Shown here piece by piece: positions 1-9,209 of a stretch of DNA of 64,000 bases (positions within the stretch are counted from its first letter, which is position 1; every line of letters begins with the position of its first letter). This DNA comes from an uncultured Thermoleophilia bacterium (lineage in GTDB: Bacteria; Actinomycetota; Thermoleophilia; Gaiellales; Gaiellaceae). The stretch is from the NCBI GenBank assembly GCA_963741655.1, contig CAVUIQ010000009.1, positions 223,624 to 287,623 of the forward strand, in the 5' to 3' direction. A model generated the notes under the pieces. The model was not told the DNA's origin. It saw nothing but the letters and a program-made list of their open reading frames with translations, and did not search any database. A program made the translations under genes and the position numbers.

Positions 1-105
1 GGCAAGGGCGACGGTCCCTCCGAGCGCAAGGGCTGCGACCACGAGGCAGACGGAAGCGACGAGGAGACGTGTCCAACCCCTGTCGTGCTTCGGCCCTGTT
101 CTCAT
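1..105 (-). CDS. N-terminus of a probable secreted protein (runs off the window start)
   Basis: Reverse strand from the ATG at 105 reads MRTGPKHDRGWTRLLVASVCLVVAALALGGTVALA: basic n-region, hydrophobic h-region, A-x-A end. Confidence 0.55.
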   Translation of the reverse strand, partial: MRTGPKHDRGWTRLLVASVCLVVAALALGGTVALA

Positions 106-194
106 CGTCCTGGATCGTAGACAACTCGCTCGAACGGGAAGGCAAACGGGCCTTCGCTCGGGATACTGTTCGGACCCACCCCGAGGAGGAACCG

Positions 195-755
195 ATGACA
201 ACTCTTGTGAACCGGCCGAACACCGCGCTCCTCGTCGTCGACGTGCAGAACGGCGTCGTCGAGGGCGCGCACGAGCGCGACGCGGTCGTCGCGAACGTGG
301 GCAGCCTCGTCGAGAGGGCGCGACACGAAGATGTCCCCGTCGTCTGGGTTCAGCACAACGACGAGGGGCTCGTGCGCGGGAGCGATGCGTGGCGGATCGT
401 CCCGGAGCTGGTACCGGGCGACGCGGAGCCGCTGATCGAGAAGCAGTACGGCGACTCGTTCGAGGACACGACGCTCGAGATCGTCCTCTCGGGCCTGGGA
501 GTGGGGCGGCTCGTGGTCGTCGGCGCGCAGACGGACGCGTGCATCCGCTCGACCCTCCACGGGGCCTTTGCCCGTGGCTACGACGCGACTCTTGTCTGCG
601 ACGCGCACACGACCGAGGATCAGACGGCGTGGGGAGCTCCGCCGCCGGAGCAGGTCATCGCGCACACGAACCTCTACTGGGCGGATCAGTCGGCGCCCGG
701 GCGGACGGCCGGGACGGTCGAGACCGGCGACGTCGACTTCGCCGCGGCGCGCTGA
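195..755 (+). CDS. Isochorismatase-family cysteine hydrolase
   Basis: ALLVVDVQNG, IEKQYGDSF, GAQTDACIRST (Asp/Lys/Cys triad); GAGGAGG RBS upstream of ATG 195. Confidence 0.9.
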   Translation: MTTLVNRPNTALLVVDVQNGVVEGAHERDAVVANVGSLVERARHEDVPVVWVQHNDEGLVRGSDAWRIVPELVPGDAEPLIEKQYGDSFEDTTLEIVLSGLGVGRLVVVGAQTDACIRSTLHGAFARGYDATLVCDAHTTEDQTAWGAPPPEQVIAHTNLYWADQSAPGRTAGTVETGDVDFAAAR

Positions 756-799
756 GTGACCGATATTCCTGCGCTCGCCTTGTCGCGTAGGGTAGGCGC

Positions 800-1258
800 A
801 TGAGCTTCGACGAGAACAGGCCGCCGGCCCAGGCGAACCCCACGGGGAGATCGCTCCCCTCGCACGGCCGCCACCAGGGCTCCACGAACACAGCGCGCTC
901 GGCCTTCGCCACGGTCGAGGGCCCGATCGAGTCCGGCTCGCTCGTCACCCAGCGGTTCGAGCGCAACGACGAGGGGCGCTTCGAGCGCCAGATCGCCGGA
1001 GAGTTGCTCCTCCGCACGGACGCGATCGTCGAGCGGGGTCGCGGCGGCGACACGATGAGGATCGACGTGGCGCAGTTCGACGCGCTCTGGACGCGGTATG
1101 ACAGCGGCGACTTCGGTTCGGGTGACGCGGTGCGTGCCCTGTACGAGCTCGACATCGCCGGCGAGCAGGTACCCGTAGCGCTCCTCGATGTCGACCGTGA
1201 GCAGAATCCCGGGATGACGCGGCCGACGCACGGCCCGCAGCGCATCGTCCTCGCCTGA
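800..1258 (+). CDS. Hypothetical protein (152 aa)
   Basis: Fills the gap between two real genes; TAGGGT -10-like hexamer 6 nt before the ATG; no family recognised. Confidence 0.65.
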   Translation: MSFDENRPPAQANPTGRSLPSHGRHQGSTNTARSAFATVEGPIESGSLVTQRFERNDEGRFERQIAGELLLRTDAIVERGRGGDTMRIDVAQFDALWTRYDSGDFGSGDAVRALYELDIAGEQVPVALLDVDREQNPGMTRPTHGPQRIVLA

Positions 1259-1317
1259 CACCCTCTGGCGACGCGGCAAGCATCAGCCTGATCCGGGCCG
1301 GCGACTAGGCTTGCACC

Positions 1318-2412
1318 ATGCCACTCGGCCTCGTCACCGCAGGTGAGTCGCACGGCCCCGCGCTCGTCGCGGTGCTCACAGGCCTGCCCGCCGGGCTGCG
1401 GCTCGAGAAGGCTGCGATCGACGCGGATCTGCGCCGCCGCCAGCTCGGATACGGCCGCAGCCCGCGGCAGCAGCTCGAGACGGACACCGTCGAGGTGCTC
1501 TCGGGTCTCAGGCAGGGGAGGACGCTCGGCACCCCGCTGACTCTCGTCGTCCGCAATCTCGACCACAAGAACTGGACGTGGGGGATGAGCCCCTTCGAGC
1601 CCGAGGGCGAGCCGCAGGGAAAGGGCGTCAAGGTCGTCACGCTCCCGCGGCCCGGCCACGCCGACCTCGCCGGCGTCCTCAAGTACGGGCATGACGACGT
1701 GCGCGACTCGCTCGAGCGGGCAAGCGCACGTCACACGGCGACCCATGTTGCCGCCGGGGCTGTCGCGAAGGCGTTTCTCGCGACGATCGGGATCTCGGTC
1801 GCGGGTCGCCCGCTCGAGGTGGGCGGCGCGAGCGGCGACGACGGGATGCGGGAGGCGACAGACGCTGCGCGCAAGGATCGCGACACGCTCGGCGGCATCG
1901 TCGAGGTCGTCGTCGAAGGGTGCCCGCCGGGCCTCGGTTCGTACGCCGAAAAGGCCGATCGGCTCGACGCACGTCTCGCCTTCACGCTCATGGGCATCCA
2001 GGCGGTCAAGGGAGTCGAGATCGGTGACGGCTTCGCCCTCGCGCGCACGCGTGGCTCCGAGGCGCACGACGAGATCGACCCGGGCCTCGTCCGCCGCACG
2101 AATCACGCAGGCGGCCTCGAGGCCGGAATCACGAACGGCGAGCCGGTTATCGTGCGCGCGGCGATGAAGCCGCTGCCGACGCTGATGAAGCCGCTCGACT
2201 CCGTCGACCTCGAGACGGGCGAGGCCGCCCAGGCACTCGTCGAGCGCAGCGACGTCCAGGCCGTCGAGGCGCTCGCCGTCGTCGCCGAGGCAGCCGTCGC
2301 GTGGGAGATCGCCGTCAGCGCCCGGGACAAGTTCGGCGGCGACGCGATCGTCGATTTCGTTGCAGCGCACCGCGCCTACCTCGAGCGCATCCGGTGGCCG
2401 CGCACGCCCTGA
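1318..2412 (+). CDS. aroC: Chorismate synthase
   Basis: TAGESHG, RPGHADL, ERASAR, MKPLPTL, ERSD motifs. Confidence 0.97.
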   Translation: MPLGLVTAGESHGPALVAVLTGLPAGLRLEKAAIDADLRRRQLGYGRSPRQQLETDTVEVLSGLRQGRTLGTPLTLVVRNLDHKNWTWGMSPFEPEGEPQGKGVKVVTLPRPGHADLAGVLKYGHDDVRDSLERASARHTATHVAAGAVAKAFLATIGISVAGRPLEVGGASGDDGMREATDAARKDRDTLGGIVEVVVEGCPPGLGSYAEKADRLDARLAFTLMGIQAVKGVEIGDGFALARTRGSEAHDEIDPGLVRRTNHAGGLEAGITNGEPVIVRAAMKPLPTLMKPLDSVDLETGEAAQALVERSDVQAVEALAVVAEAAVAWEIAVSARDKFGGDAIVDFVAAHRAYLERIRWPRTP

Positions 2413-3829
2413 ACCGCCACCTCGCGCTCACCGGCTTCATGGGCGCGGGCAAGTCGACGATGGGCGCGCAGGTCGCGCGACGCCTCGGCCGGCGCTTCAT
2501 CGACCTCGACCGTGAGATCGAGGCTCGCGCGGAGATCACGATCGCGGAGCTCTTTGCCCGCGACGGTGAGGCGGCGTTCAGAGTGCTCGAGGAGTCCGTA
2601 GCCGCATCGGTTCTCGACGCAGCGGAGCCCGCGGTGATCGCTCTCGGGGGCGGGGCCGTGCTCTCTGCGGAGACGCGAGAGCGCCTGCGCGGCGCGAGCG
2701 TTCACCGTCCTGCTCGATGTCGACGTGGACACCGCGTGGCAGCGCGCCTCGCGGAGCGCTCGGCCGCTCGCCTCCGACGAGAGCTCGTTCCGCGCTCTGC
2801 TTCGAGGAGCGGATCCCGATCTACGAGGAGACGGCCGACGCGCGCGCCCGCGACCTCGACGGCGTCGTGCTCGCAGCCGCCGGAATCGACGTCGGCATCG
2901 GGGCGATCGAGCTCCTCGGCGAGCTCGTGCCGGGAGACGGGCCGATCGAGATCGTCGCCGATGCGACCGTGGCCGGCATCCACGGTGTCACTGCTCAGCT
3001 CGCGCTCGGGGCGCGCGACATCGCGACCCATGAGGTACCCGCAGGCGAGCCGGCCAAGGCGATCGGGATCCTCGATCACCTCTGGCGCGCACTTCGGATC
3101 GGGCGGGACGGGACGGTCGTCGCGCTCGGCGGCGGGTGTACCACGGACGTCGCGGGCTTCGCCGCCGCGACCTGGATGCGTGGCGTTCCCTGGGTCGCCG
3201 TGCCCACGACGCTCGTGGGGCAGGTCGATGCGGCGATCGGTGGAAAGACGGCGGTCGACCTCCCGGGCGGCAAGAACCTCGTCGGTTGCTTCCACTGGCC
3301 GGCGCGGGTCGTGATCGACCCTGGCACGCTCGAGACGCTCCCCGAGGTGGAGATGCGGAACGGGATGGCAGAGGTCGTGAAGACGGGCCTTCTCATGGGG
3401 AGCCCCGTCTGGGAGCAGCCTCTCGCGGAACTCGTTCGGCGCTGCGCTTCGTTCAAGGCCGGCGTGTGCCTCGGCGATCCGCACGATCGCGGGGCGCGCA
3501 ACCAGCTGAACCTTGGCCACACGTTCGCTCACGCGCTCGAAGCCGCGGCCGGCTACGACCTTCCTCATGGTCAGGCGGTCGCGCTGGGTCTCGTCGCGGC
3601 CCTCCGCCTCTCGGGCAACGACGAGGCGCTCGCGGCTGTGCGCAGCGAACTCGATCCCAAACCCGTCAAGGTCGACCGCGAAGCTGCCTGGGCTGCCCTC
3701 GCCCGCGACAAGAAGTCCGTCGGCGGGGTGCCCCGGCTCGTGCTCCTCGAGCGCAACGGCGAGCCGACCTGGGGCAACGAGGTCGACGGGGCCGAGATCC
3801 GTGCGGCGCTCGACAGCCTGATTGCCTGA
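2394..3829 (+). CDS. aroB: Bifunctional shikimate kinase / 3-dehydroquinate synthase (two apparent frameshifts near 2697 and 2800)
   Basis: GFMGAGKST, FIDLD, ALGGG (AroK) followed by GGGCTTDVAGF, PTTLVGQVDAAIGGKT, NLGHTFAHALE, HGQAV (AroB); three frames join into one protein. Confidence 0.88.
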
Positions 3830-3855
3830 GGGTGGTCTCGGAACCGCCTGAACTG

Positions 3856-3920
3856 TTGCCCCCGGGGTTGGTGGTTGCAGACCTCGTTCCCGGGAGAGGC
3901 TGCGCCGTCTCCCCTACGGG
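3856..3920 (-). repeat. Dispersed GTAG-type palindromic repeat, family C, copy 1
   Basis: Minus strand CCCGTAGGGGAGACGGCGCAGCCTCTCCCGGGAACG...CCCCGGGGGCAA, matching 35479-35542. Confidence 0.7.
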
Positions 3921-3961
3921 TAGCGGTGCAGGGCTTCGGGGTCAGGCACTAGAGTCGCTGC

Positions 3962-4393
3962 GTGCGCATCGACGTCCTCAACGGAGTGAACCTCAACCTG
4001 CTCGGTCGGCGCGACCAGGCCACCTACGGCGACCAGTCGATCCAGGACCTGGAGACGCAGATCTACGCGTGGGCGCGCGAGCTCGACCTGCAGGTTCGTT
4101 GCCGGCAGACGAACCACGAGGGCGAGTACGTCGGCTTCCTCCACCAGGCGCTCGGCACGGCCGACGGGCTCATCGTCAACCCCGGTGCCTGGACGCACTA
4201 CTCGTGGGCGATCCATGACGCCCTCGAACCGTTTACTGTCCCGTTCGTGGAGGTTCACCTCTCGAACGTCGACGAGCGTGAGGAGTGGCGCCGGCATTCG
4301 GTTCTGACGGGTCTTGGCGGCATGCGCGTCGTCGGCAAGGGCTTCGAGGGGTATCGCGAGGCGCTCAACCTGCTCGCGGAGCGCCGCCCATGA
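3962..4393 (+). CDS. aroQ: Type II 3-dehydroquinate dehydratase
   Basis: LNGVNLNLLGRR, QTNHEG, NPGAWTHYS, EVHLSN. Confidence 0.96.
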   Translation: MRIDVLNGVNLNLLGRRDQATYGDQSIQDLETQIYAWARELDLQVRCRQTNHEGEYVGFLHQALGTADGLIVNPGAWTHYSWAIHDALEPFTVPFVEVHLSNVDEREEWRRHSVLTGLGGMRVVGKGFEGYREALNLLAERRP

Positions 4394-5431
4394 GCCGGGT
4401 CGCGCGCCTCGCAGCCTCGCTCGCCGAGCCGCTCCTCGTCACCGACGGGGTCAACGTCCAGTACCTGCTCGGCTTCGAGAGCTCGAACTGCGCCGTCCTC
4501 GTCGAGCCGGACGGGACACGCGACCCTGTACACCGACTTCCGGTACCTCGAGGCGGCGAAGGCCGTCGCAGGCGTCGAGGTCGTCCAGACCCGCCGCGAT
4601 GTCGCCGGAGCGCTCGCCGAGCTGCTCGCCGGCCGACGGATCGGCTTCGAGGCATCGCGCATCTCCTACGCCCACTGGCAGACGCTCGCGGCCGGCGGAG
4701 CCGATCTCGTCCCGACGCGCGGTCTGGTGGAAGCCTTCCGACGCGTCAAGGACGACGCCGAGATCGATGCCATCCGCAGCGCGTCCGCGATCTCGGATGA
4801 GCTGTACGCCGCGCTCGCCGGCGAGCGGTTCAGCGGGCGCACGGAGAAGGAGCTCGCCTGGTGGATCGAGCGAACGTTCCGCGAGCTCGGCGCGGACGGG
4901 CTCGCCTTCGCGCCGATCGTCGCGTCCGGCCTGAACGGCGCCTCTCCCCACGCGCATCCCGGTGACACGGTCATCGGAGAGGGCGTCCTCGTGACGATCG
5001 ACATGGGCTGCAAGGTCGACGGCTACTGCTCGGACTGCACCCGCACGTTCGCGGTCGGCGAGGTCTCCGAGCAGCTCGTCGAGATCTACGGGCTCGTTGC
5101 CCAGGCGCAGCTCGACGGGCTCGCCGCCGTCCGGGCAGGCGAGAGCGGCGTCGACGTCGATGCGGCGTCGCGCACGGCCATCGCCGCTGCTGGAATGGCC
5201 GAGTACTACGGGCACGGCCTCGGTCACGGGCTCGGGATCGAGGTTCACGAGGCGCCGGCGCTGCGGCCCGAGTCGCCCGACGTGCTCGCGCCGCGAAATC
5301 TCGTCACGGTCGAGCCGGGCATCTACGTGCCGGGTGTCGGCGGCTGCCGGATCGAGGATCTGGTCGTGGTCACGGAGGCGGGATGCGAGGTCCTGACCTC
5401 GTTCACGAAGGAGATGCTCGTCGTCCCGTAG
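4390..5431 (+). CDS. Xaa-Pro peptidase, M24 family (frameshift near 4518)
   Basis: NVQYLLGF / TDFRY N-domain, then TIDMG, YCSDCTRT, HGLGHGLGIEVHE, TVEPGIY, RIEDLV; usual aroQ-peptidase-efp position. Confidence 0.9.
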
Positions 5432-5448
5432 CGGCGCGGGCCTAACCT

Positions 5449-6459
5449 CTAGTCGAGGGCCAGCTCGACCCCGAGAAACGACGAAAGCGAGCCCAACGCC
5501 TCGGGGAGCCGCTCCGTGTCGCCCCACGCACCCCTGAGGCGCAGCTGCCCGTTCCGGCGGTCGACGACCGGCTCCGCGCGACCGACGATCCGGTCACCTA
5601 CGAGGAGTGGCAGCACGTAGTAGCCGTACTCGCGCTTCGCGGGGGGCACGTACATCTCCAGCCGATATCGGAAATCGAAGAGCGCCTCGGTCCGATCCCG
5701 GTCGTGAATGAGACGATCGAACGGTGAGAGGAGGGTCGCGCGGTTGGGAACGGGCCGATCGTCTGCCTCTGCGTGGGCGATCCATCGACCCTTGCTGAGT
5801 ATCACGCCGAGCGTCCGGGAACGCTGTTCGGCGAGAGCGCGCTCGGCCTGTGTCGGCGTCAGGGTCTCGCTCTCGGGGTACCAGCGCTCGGCCAGGTCCC
5901 AGAGCCGCTGCTTCCCACGACGCCCGGCGACGGCTACCTCGCCGCGGAGATGGAGCGTCATGAGCATCAGACCCACACGCCGCGATCCGTACCACCGATG
6001 GTCGCGCGGCTCGCCGGCCGCGCGGTCTTCGAGCTCGCGTGACAACAGCGGGCCTCGCCGCTCCAGCTCGCGGAGGACGTAGCGACGGAACGAACGGTTC
6101 TCCGCGATGAAGTCGCGGCGCCATCGCTCGTGTGAGTACCGCGACGATGTTCGCTCGCGACGGATCAAGCCGCGGATGATCGGAAGGGACTCGATCGGCC
6201 AGATGAACGCGTTCCACTCGAACAGCAGGCGCTCATCCCAGAGCAGCCGGTCGAGCTCCCCGCGGTCGTGGTTCCCGAGTCGGCTCCAGAGCACGAGCTG
6301 TTGCGGCGGCGCCACGGCCGCGATCGGATCGAGCTGAAGGAATCCAAGGCGTCGAACGGTCGCGAGCACGTCGTCTGCGGAGCCGTCGAGGAGCTGGGCT
6401 CGAATGGCAATCCGACGAGCCGCCTCTCGATCCACCTCGACTCCGGTCGTGACGGGCAC
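5449..6459 (-). CDS. YcaQ/AlkZ-family (HTH_42) crosslink-repair DNA glycosylase
   Basis: LQLDPI (QxD motif), LWSRLG, LLSPFDRLI, YRLEMYVPPAKREYGYYVLP. Confidence 0.88.
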   Translation of the reverse strand: MPVTTGVEVDREAARRIAIRAQLLDGSADDVLATVRRLGFLQLDPIAAVAPPQQLVLWSRLGNHDRGELDRLLWDERLLFEWNAFIWPIESLPIIRGLIRRERTSSRYSHERWRRDFIAENRSFRRYVLRELERRGPLLSRELEDRAAGEPRDHRWYGSRRVGLMLMTLHLRGEVAVAGRRGKQRLWDLAERWYPESETLTPTQAERALAEQRSRTLGVILSKGRWIAHAEADDRPVPNRATLLSPFDRLIHDRDRTEALFDFRYRLEMYVPPAKREYGYYVLPLLVGDRIVGRAEPVVDRRNGQLRLRGAWGDTERLPEALGSLSSFLGVELALD

Positions 6460-6501
6460 CCGTGCATTCAAGCATCCGGTACAGGTACCCTCTCGCGCGT
6501 C

Positions 6502-7068
6502 ATGGCAGACATCGTCAGCACAAACCAGTTCAAGACGGGCATGCACATCGAGCATCGAGGCTCGATGTGGAGGATCGTCGACTTCCAGCACGTGAAGCCG
6601 GGCAAGGGCGGCGCGTTCGTGCGCACCAAGCTGAAGAACCTCGAGACGGGTGCCGTGATCGACGACACGTTCCGCGCCGGCGAGAAGTTCGCGCGCGTGC
6701 ACACGGAGACGAAGAACGTCCAGTTCCTCTACGACGACGGCACCGACGCGCACTTCATGGACGAGCAGACGTACGAGCAGTTCGCGCTGCCGCGGTCGGA
6801 GGTCGAGGTCGAGCTCACCTACATCCTGCCCTCGTCCGTCGTCCAGATCCTCGCAGTCAACGGCAAGCCGACCGCGATCCAGCTGCCCTCATCGGTCGAG
6901 CTGACCGTCGCGGAGACCGAGCCGGGTGTGAAGGGCGACACGGTCTCGAACGTGACGAAGCCTGCGACGCTCGAGACGGGCGCCGTCGTCGCGGTGCCGC
7001 TCTTCGTCAACGTTGGCGATCGGATCAAGGTCGACCCGACCGAGGCACGCTACATCTCGCGTGCGTAG
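6502..7068 (+). CDS. efp: Elongation factor P
   Basis: HVKPGKGGAFVRTKLKN, PGVKGDT, KPATLETG, VPLFV. Confidence 0.98.
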   Translation: MADIVSTNQFKTGMHIEHRGSMWRIVDFQHVKPGKGGAFVRTKLKNLETGAVIDDTFRAGEKFARVHTETKNVQFLYDDGTDAHFMDEQTYEQFALPRSEVEVELTYILPSSVVQILAVNGKPTAIQLPSSVELTVAETEPGVKGDTVSNVTKPATLETGAVVAVPLFVNVGDRIKVDPTEARYISRA

Positions 7069-7085
7069 GGCCTGACGACGGTCAG

Positions 7086-7174
7086 CGGGCGACGCTTACC
7101 GGCGGGCGACGCTTGGCTCGCCGAGGCTCGCCGCGCATCAGCCCCTACGCCGCGCGGGTGCGCATAGCCCCTAC
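7086..7174 (-). repeat. Nested GTAG REP-like elements (family B copy at 7103-7148 inside a family A copy)
   Basis: 7103-7137 is identical over 35 bp to 42103-42137; the flanks match the two halves of 47916-47962. Confidence 0.8.
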
Positions 7175-7225
7175 GCGTAGCCCCTCCGCCTGCTTCCGAA
7201 GCCCACGGTAAGGTCCACGCTCGAG

Positions 7226-9029
7226 ATGCCACAGATCGTCGACACCACGATTCGTCTGCTGTCGCAGGAGCCGCTCGCGGGCAAGCTGCCGACGGGCGAG
7301 GTCCTACGCATCGCCGAGATCCTCGATCAGGCGGGGTTCGCCTACCTCGAGGTCTCGGGCGGTGGCGTCTTCGACTCGGCGGTGCGGCGCGCCGTCGAGA
7401 GCCCCTGGGAGCGCATCCGGGCGATCGACGCGCGCACGACGACACCGCTCGGGCTCGCACTGCGTGGCCGCTTCCTCGTCGGTTCGAAGCCGGTCTCCGA
7501 GGACATCGTGCGGCGCTTCATCGCCTCCGCTGCGGATAACGGAATCGACGTGTTCCGCCTCCACGACCCGCTCAACGACGTCTCGAACCTCAAGGAGGCC
7601 GGCGAGGCGATCGTCGGGGCCGGCAAGGAGTTCCACGTCGGCCTGGTCTACAGCGCCGGACGAGAGGGCGAGATCGACGCGCTGGTCGAGCGTTCGAAGC
7701 AGATCCCCGCTCTGGGTGCGGCGCGCGTGATCATCAACGACCCGACCGATGCGCTGCATCCCGCACCTCACCGAGGAGCTCGTCGAGGGGATCCGCGAGG
7801 CGACCGGGCTCCCGGTGGGGCTCTTCGTGCAGGGCGCCGCGGGTACCGGGCTGCTGAATGCGGTTGTCGCAACACGGGTCGGCGCGGATCTGATCGCGAC
7901 AGCGGTCTATCCGCTCGCGCTCACCTTGCACCGCGTCTCGGGCGAATCGCTCGTCGATGCGCTCCACGGGCTCGGACGGGAAACGGGCGTGGATACCGCA
8001 CACCTCTGGGCCGCATCGGATCTGATCGACGAGCACATCGGCGACGAGCCCGTCGCTCCAGTGGCGCCTCGGATCGCCGTTCGCGCAGCGGAGTACGAGC
8101 TTCCCGCCGGGCTCGTCGCGGCCCTCGATGTTCACCTCCGCGCGCACGCAGCCGGAGATCGACTGCTCGACACGTTGTCGGAGGTCGCCCGCATCCGGGC
8201 AGAGTCCGGGTGGCCGCCTCTCGCCGCGCCGATCGGCCAGATCCTCGCCTCGCAGGCTCTGCTCAATATCCTCTCCGCGCGCCGCTACGGCACGGTTCTC
8301 GACGAGTTCCGCATGCTGATCGAAGGAAGCTACGGGGAGACCCCCGCTGCGATCGAGGAGTCGGTCTCGCGGGTCGTGGCTCTCGTCAAGGGGAGCGGAG
8401 CCAGGCTCGACGAGGATCCGCCGAGCGCCGAGGATGTGCGCGAGGCAGCCGAGGGTCTCGCAGCCAGCGAGGAGGATCTCGTTCTGCTCGCCATGTTCGG
8501 CGAGGAAGCCGAGACGCTCCTCCAGACGATCCGGCAGCGGCACTCTCGCGAGTCCTCGCTTCTCCTCGGGGACGTCGACGCAACGCGCGGGGAGCGGATC
8601 CGCGAGCTCGTGAAGATCGTGCAGGAGTCGGGCGTGGGTGAGATCGAGATCGAGGACGAGGGCATGCGCGTCTCGGTGCGCCGCGCGGACGAGGCCGGTT
8701 CGGCCGTCGCTCCGCTCGGTGCACTGCCGGAAGCGCCGGAGGGTGAAGTGACACCGGCGCCGGCGAGGGGAGCGATCAGGATCGATTCACCGATGGTCGG
8801 TGTCTTCTACCGAACGTCGTCTCCCGGGACGCCCCCGTTCGTCGAGGTCGGGGACGTCGTCAGCGTCGGCCAGACGCTGTGCCTCCTCGAGGCGATGAAA
8901 CTCTTCAACGAGCTCAAGTCGGAGCACGAGGGCCGCGTGAGAGCGATCCACGTCGACAGCGGGCAGGCCGTCGAGTTCGGGCAAACCCTCTTCGAGCTCG
9001 ACCCGGTCGACACGCAGCCCATCGTCTAG
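7226..9029 (+). CDS. accB: Degenerate pyruvate carboxylase/OadA-type carboxyltransferase domain fused to biotin carboxyl carrier protein (frameshift near 7756)
   Basis: GGGVFD, ESPWERI, LRGRFLVG, DVFRLHDPLND, GWPPLAAPIGQI (CT fold); then ERIRELVKIVQESGVGEIEIE, SPMVGVFY, EAMKLFNE (biotinyl Lys). Confidence 0.85.
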
Positions 9030-9193
9030 TGGTCTCTCCGGGAAATCCTGACGTGGTTCGCCGGCGAAAACCGAGCAGGGCGAGGACGCAGGGAGCCTCG
9101 ATACTGGGTTGTACCGGGGCGACCGAGGACGAAGCCCTGCGATGTGTTTGCAGCCACGCGAAGCGTGACAGGATTTCCCGGAGCGACCACTAG
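9026..9193. mobile_element. Probable MITE with 21-bp terminal inverted repeats flanked by CTAG
   Basis: CTAGTGGTCTCTCCGGGAAATCCTG (9026-9050) versus the reverse complement of 9169-9193, CTAGTGGTCGCTCCGGGAAATCCTG: 24/25 match; no coding capacity. Confidence 0.7.
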
Positions 9194-9209
9194 TGAGCAA
9201 CCGCTAGCG

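Noticed and set aside
759-766. ACCGATAT as a sigma28 -10 for the ORF at 800
   Set aside because: No matching -35 element at the right spacing; TAGGGT 6 nt before the ATG explains the gene better.
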